A stretch of DNA of 63,252 nt, the filler included, from Rhabdomonas costata (lineage: Eukaryota), in assembly GCA_019059605.1 (NCBI GenBank). It is 20 parts of 20 records of this genome, joined end to end, with 100 filler letters (N's around TTAATTAATTAA, not from the genome) between each part and the next. Parts side by side here need not be neighbours in the genome. Positions count along the whole stretch, not along the records: positions 60,183 to 63,252 come from JAHMHO010001455.1; 19 more parts are not named here. One strand, given 5' to 3'. Under the pieces are notes generated by a model, which saw only the letters and a list, made by a program, of their open reading frames with translations, had not been told where the DNA came from and searched no databases. A program made the translations under genes and the position numbers. Below are positions 62,843-63,252 of the stretch, in pieces (position 1 is the first letter of the stretch; each line of letters begins with the position of its first letter).

Positions 62843-62868
62843 GAGACTGACACACACACACACACACA
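62779..62868 (+). repeat. (GACA)n microsatellite followed by (CA)n
   Basis: About 15 perfect GACA units, then a CA run. Confidence 0.95.
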
Positions 62869-62869
62869 G

Positions 62870-63110
62870 AAAAACCGGAGTGGTCTGCTGCGTAATTTGG
62901 GTCATCACAGCCTCAAAGGGCACTTCGGTGAGCAGAACCATCTCGTCCATGGTGAAAGGGTGAGACATTTTGCTCAGAAAAGACCACGCCGAAGTCGGAA
63001 GCAGGTCTTCCAACAACCCCTTGAACTGCTTCGCCGCCTCAAATGCTTCCTTGAGATGATCTAGTACCTTCTCGGCATCGTTCCCTTCGACAAAGAGCAG
63101 GGTGAGACAA
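62870..63110 (-). CDS. Hypothetical protein exon
   Basis: Open, protein-like frame: FVEGNDAEKVLDHLKEAFEAAKQFKGLLEDLLPTSAWSFLSKMSHPFTMDEMVLLTEVPFEAVMTQITQQT. No family recognised. Confidence 0.4.
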
Positions 63111-63252
63111 GTGCGGAACAACATGCAACAAGCAGTGTTCGAACTTTCCGGGAACTTTTGGTTTCATTTGAAATTTTCGAAACTTTCAAGTCGGGGCAAA
63201 CAACGGCACAGAGCACCATCTATCTATGAATCCGTAAAAGGAGCAAGTTAAG

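Noticed and set aside
1..63252. rRNA, tRNA, spliced-leader RNA, snoRNA, CRISPR arrays and euglenid non-conventional introns
   Set aside because: None recognised by eye, and every resolved intron is GT-AG or GC-AG. An Infernal/tRNAscan run would be needed to exclude small RNAs.

Overview
This is not one locus. It is 20 unrelated ~3.07-kb contigs joined by 19 artificial 100-nt spacers (N-run + TTAATTAATTAA + N-run). Contig ends carry G/T-only primer remnants (GTGGTGGGTGTGTTTGG + G/T bases), pointing to whole-genome-amplified DNA, so adjacency across spacers means nothing and chimeras are plausible. The DNA comes from an intron-rich microbial eukaryote; the eL43 C-terminus suggests Euglenozoa, possibly a euglenid (inference). 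The ORF track is mostly noise, so genes were rebuilt by hand-splicing exons. Recognisable partial genes: eIF4E, a response-regulator receiver domain, a DUSP11/capping-type cysteine phosphatase, an SH3/KOW-like repeat protein, a decayed Merlin (IS1595-like) transposase, TOP3B, a 3-kb intron-free type I PKS module (KS-DH-pseudoKR-ER, no AT), a Tudor protein with a mitochondrial-type presequence, USP7/UBP12, glyoxalase II, an oxalate-CoA ligase-like enzyme, a hybrid histidine kinase, eL43/RPL37A and a NEK kinase. Best leads: (1) the AT-less PKS module; (2) three homology-anchored GC-AG introns among roughly 28 resolved introns, with degenerate donors; (3) four contigs where internal exons of different genes face each other on opposite strands (amplification chimera versus nested genes); (4) a putatively mitochondrial Tudor protein. 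I cannot demonstrate a new biological system from this window.
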